The notes under the pieces were generated by a model. The model did no database searches, was not told where the DNA came from, and worked only from the letters and a program-made list of their open reading frames with translations. Shown here piece after piece: positions 62,938 through 64,000 of a stretch of DNA of 64,000 nt; position 1 is the first letter of the stretch; each line of letters opens with the position of its first letter. This DNA comes from a bacterium (GTDB lineage Bacteria > UBA8248): NCBI GenBank assembly GCA_965219955.1, contig OZ244799.1:1600001-1664000 (forward strand), given 5' to 3'. The translations under genes were made by a program, and so were the position numbers.

Positions 62938-63711
62938 ATGCCTAAACGTTCTATTCACGAGGTCATGTTAGTTTCTTTCTCCCTGGTTTGCGTGCTGCTT
63001 CTCCTGAGCGGGTGTGTCTCGCGTCCGAAGCAGCAGGCGTCACCCGGAGAATTGCTCGTCATCGGAGAGGAGGATTTGCGGGCTGAGCGTTTCGAGGCGG
63101 CGCGCCTCGCGTTCAAGCGCCTGCTGGAAGAACACCCTGACAGCAAGCACCGCCGAAGCGCGCTGTTGCGTTTGGGAGATTCATACTTCCACGCGGAAGA
63201 ATACATTGAATCGAAGCTGCAATACGCCGAATACGTGCGCCTCTATCCTGTAAGCGCTGGAACGCCGAAAGCGTACTATTTCCTCGCGATGAGCGATTAT
63301 GAGAGAAATCTCGCCATCGACCAAGACGCTTCTGTTGCAAGAGATGCCCTCAAGAATTTCCAAACTCTCGTGCGTCGCTTCCCCGGATCGGAATACACGG
63401 CCGATGCGAAGCAGAAGATATCGGAATTAAGAGACCATCTCGCCAAAAACGCTCTGTTTATCGCGAATTTTTACTTCAGGACGAATCTGCGCGTCTCCGC
63501 GATTCCGCGCTACAAAGAGATAATTCGAGATTTTGAAGATGTCCCCCATGTCCGTGCTGAAGCCATGTACAAGCTGGGGGAAAGCTACAGGATAGAAGAG
63601 AGTTTCAAGAAAGCGGGAGAGGCCTATCGTTCCGTATTGGAATCTTATCCCGATGACCAGTATGCTTCACCCGCATACAACAGTCTCCTCGTCCTCACAG
63701 GCAAAAAATGA
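62938..63711 (+). CDS. bamD: Outer membrane assembly lipoprotein BamD
   Basis: LSGC lipobox, TPR helices, DQ...A...F..LV.RFP.S.Y and IANFY patterns. Confidence 0.88.
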   Translation: MPKRSIHEVMLVSFSLVCVLLLLSGCVSRPKQQASPGELLVIGEEDLRAERFEAARLAFKRLLEEHPDSKHRRSALLRLGDSYFHAEEYIESKLQYAEYVRLYPVSAGTPKAYYFLAMSDYERNLAIDQDASVARDALKNFQTLVRRFPGSEYTADAKQKISELRDHLAKNALFIANFYFRTNLRVSAIPRYKEIIRDFEDVPHVRAEAMYKLGESYRIEESFKKAGEAYRSVLESYPDDQYASPAYNSLLVLTGKK

Positions 63712-63761
63712 TTTGCCACCCATTGTGTCCAAACACCCCAGCCACATGCGAGCAATTTTAG

Positions 63762-64000
63762 ATGACTGAGCCGAACGAAGGCGAGTCCGAAGACAAAAAT
63801 CTGCCTGCCGTACACGACGAGGGGTCCGGCACGAAAAAAACGGATTCCTCCACTGTTAATGAAAACGAGGAGCCACCCACTTTCTCCGGCTCCCCAGGCA
63901 ACTATGATGAAGATACGTCCGCTTCCCCCACCGTGGATACACTTTCCCTCTACATGAGAGACATCGGCAACCACCCCATCCTCAAGCGCGATGAAGAACA
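63762..64000 (+). CDS. Sigma-70 group 1/2 factor (RpoD/RpoS-like), 3' truncated by the window
   Basis: Open frame ending DTLSLYMRDIGNHPILKRDEE, which matches sigma-70 region 1.2. Confidence 0.75.
   Translation, partial: MTEPNEGESEDKNLPAVHDEGSGTKKTDSSTVNENEEPPTFSGSPGNYDEDTSASPTVDTLSLYMRDIGNHPILKRDEE

Overview
This window is chromosomal DNA from a GC-rich diderm bacterium. The gene order (argH-lppL-lysA-dapF, dapL-folK, atpZI-atpB-atpE-rex) resembles Deltaproteobacteria/Nitrospinota; this placement is inference only. The left part (1-37.3 kb) carries mostly minus-strand housekeeping genes: a TPR-TPR-exbB-exbD-tonB cluster, panC, folK, dapL, dapB, dapF, lysA, argH and katG. These are interrupted by accessory modules: a membrane-anchored ferredoxin fusion, an ECF sigma/anti-sigma/Spy-CpxP cluster, a complete IS256 with TIRs and a 9-bp target duplication, an MFS transporter and a repeat protein. 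About nine intergenic mosaics of nested palindromic repeats, from at least six families, lie in this part. The right part (37.7-64 kb) is a repeat-free plus-strand core block: atp F0 genes, rex, tsaB, ilvB-ilvB-ilvN-ilvN, psd, pssA, lptD, ugd, uxs, gmhA, an MBL hydrolase, purB-C-S-Q-L-F, mltD, bamD and a truncated sigma-70 gene. The best candidate for an undescribed system is at 27.2-32.6 kb. Two tandem TbpB-like surface lipoprotein genes with mosaic, AT3-rich loop regions lie divergent from a Cre-like tyrosine recombinase. Between them, two inverted lox-like sites (shared core TAACAATAATTA at 31297-31308 and 31466-31477) enclose a near-consensus sigma-70 promoter. This is a predicted invertible promoter switch, currently facing the recombinase and away from the lipoproteins. 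No rRNA, tRNA or CRISPR array was recognised. All calls come from reading the sequence by eye; no searches were run.
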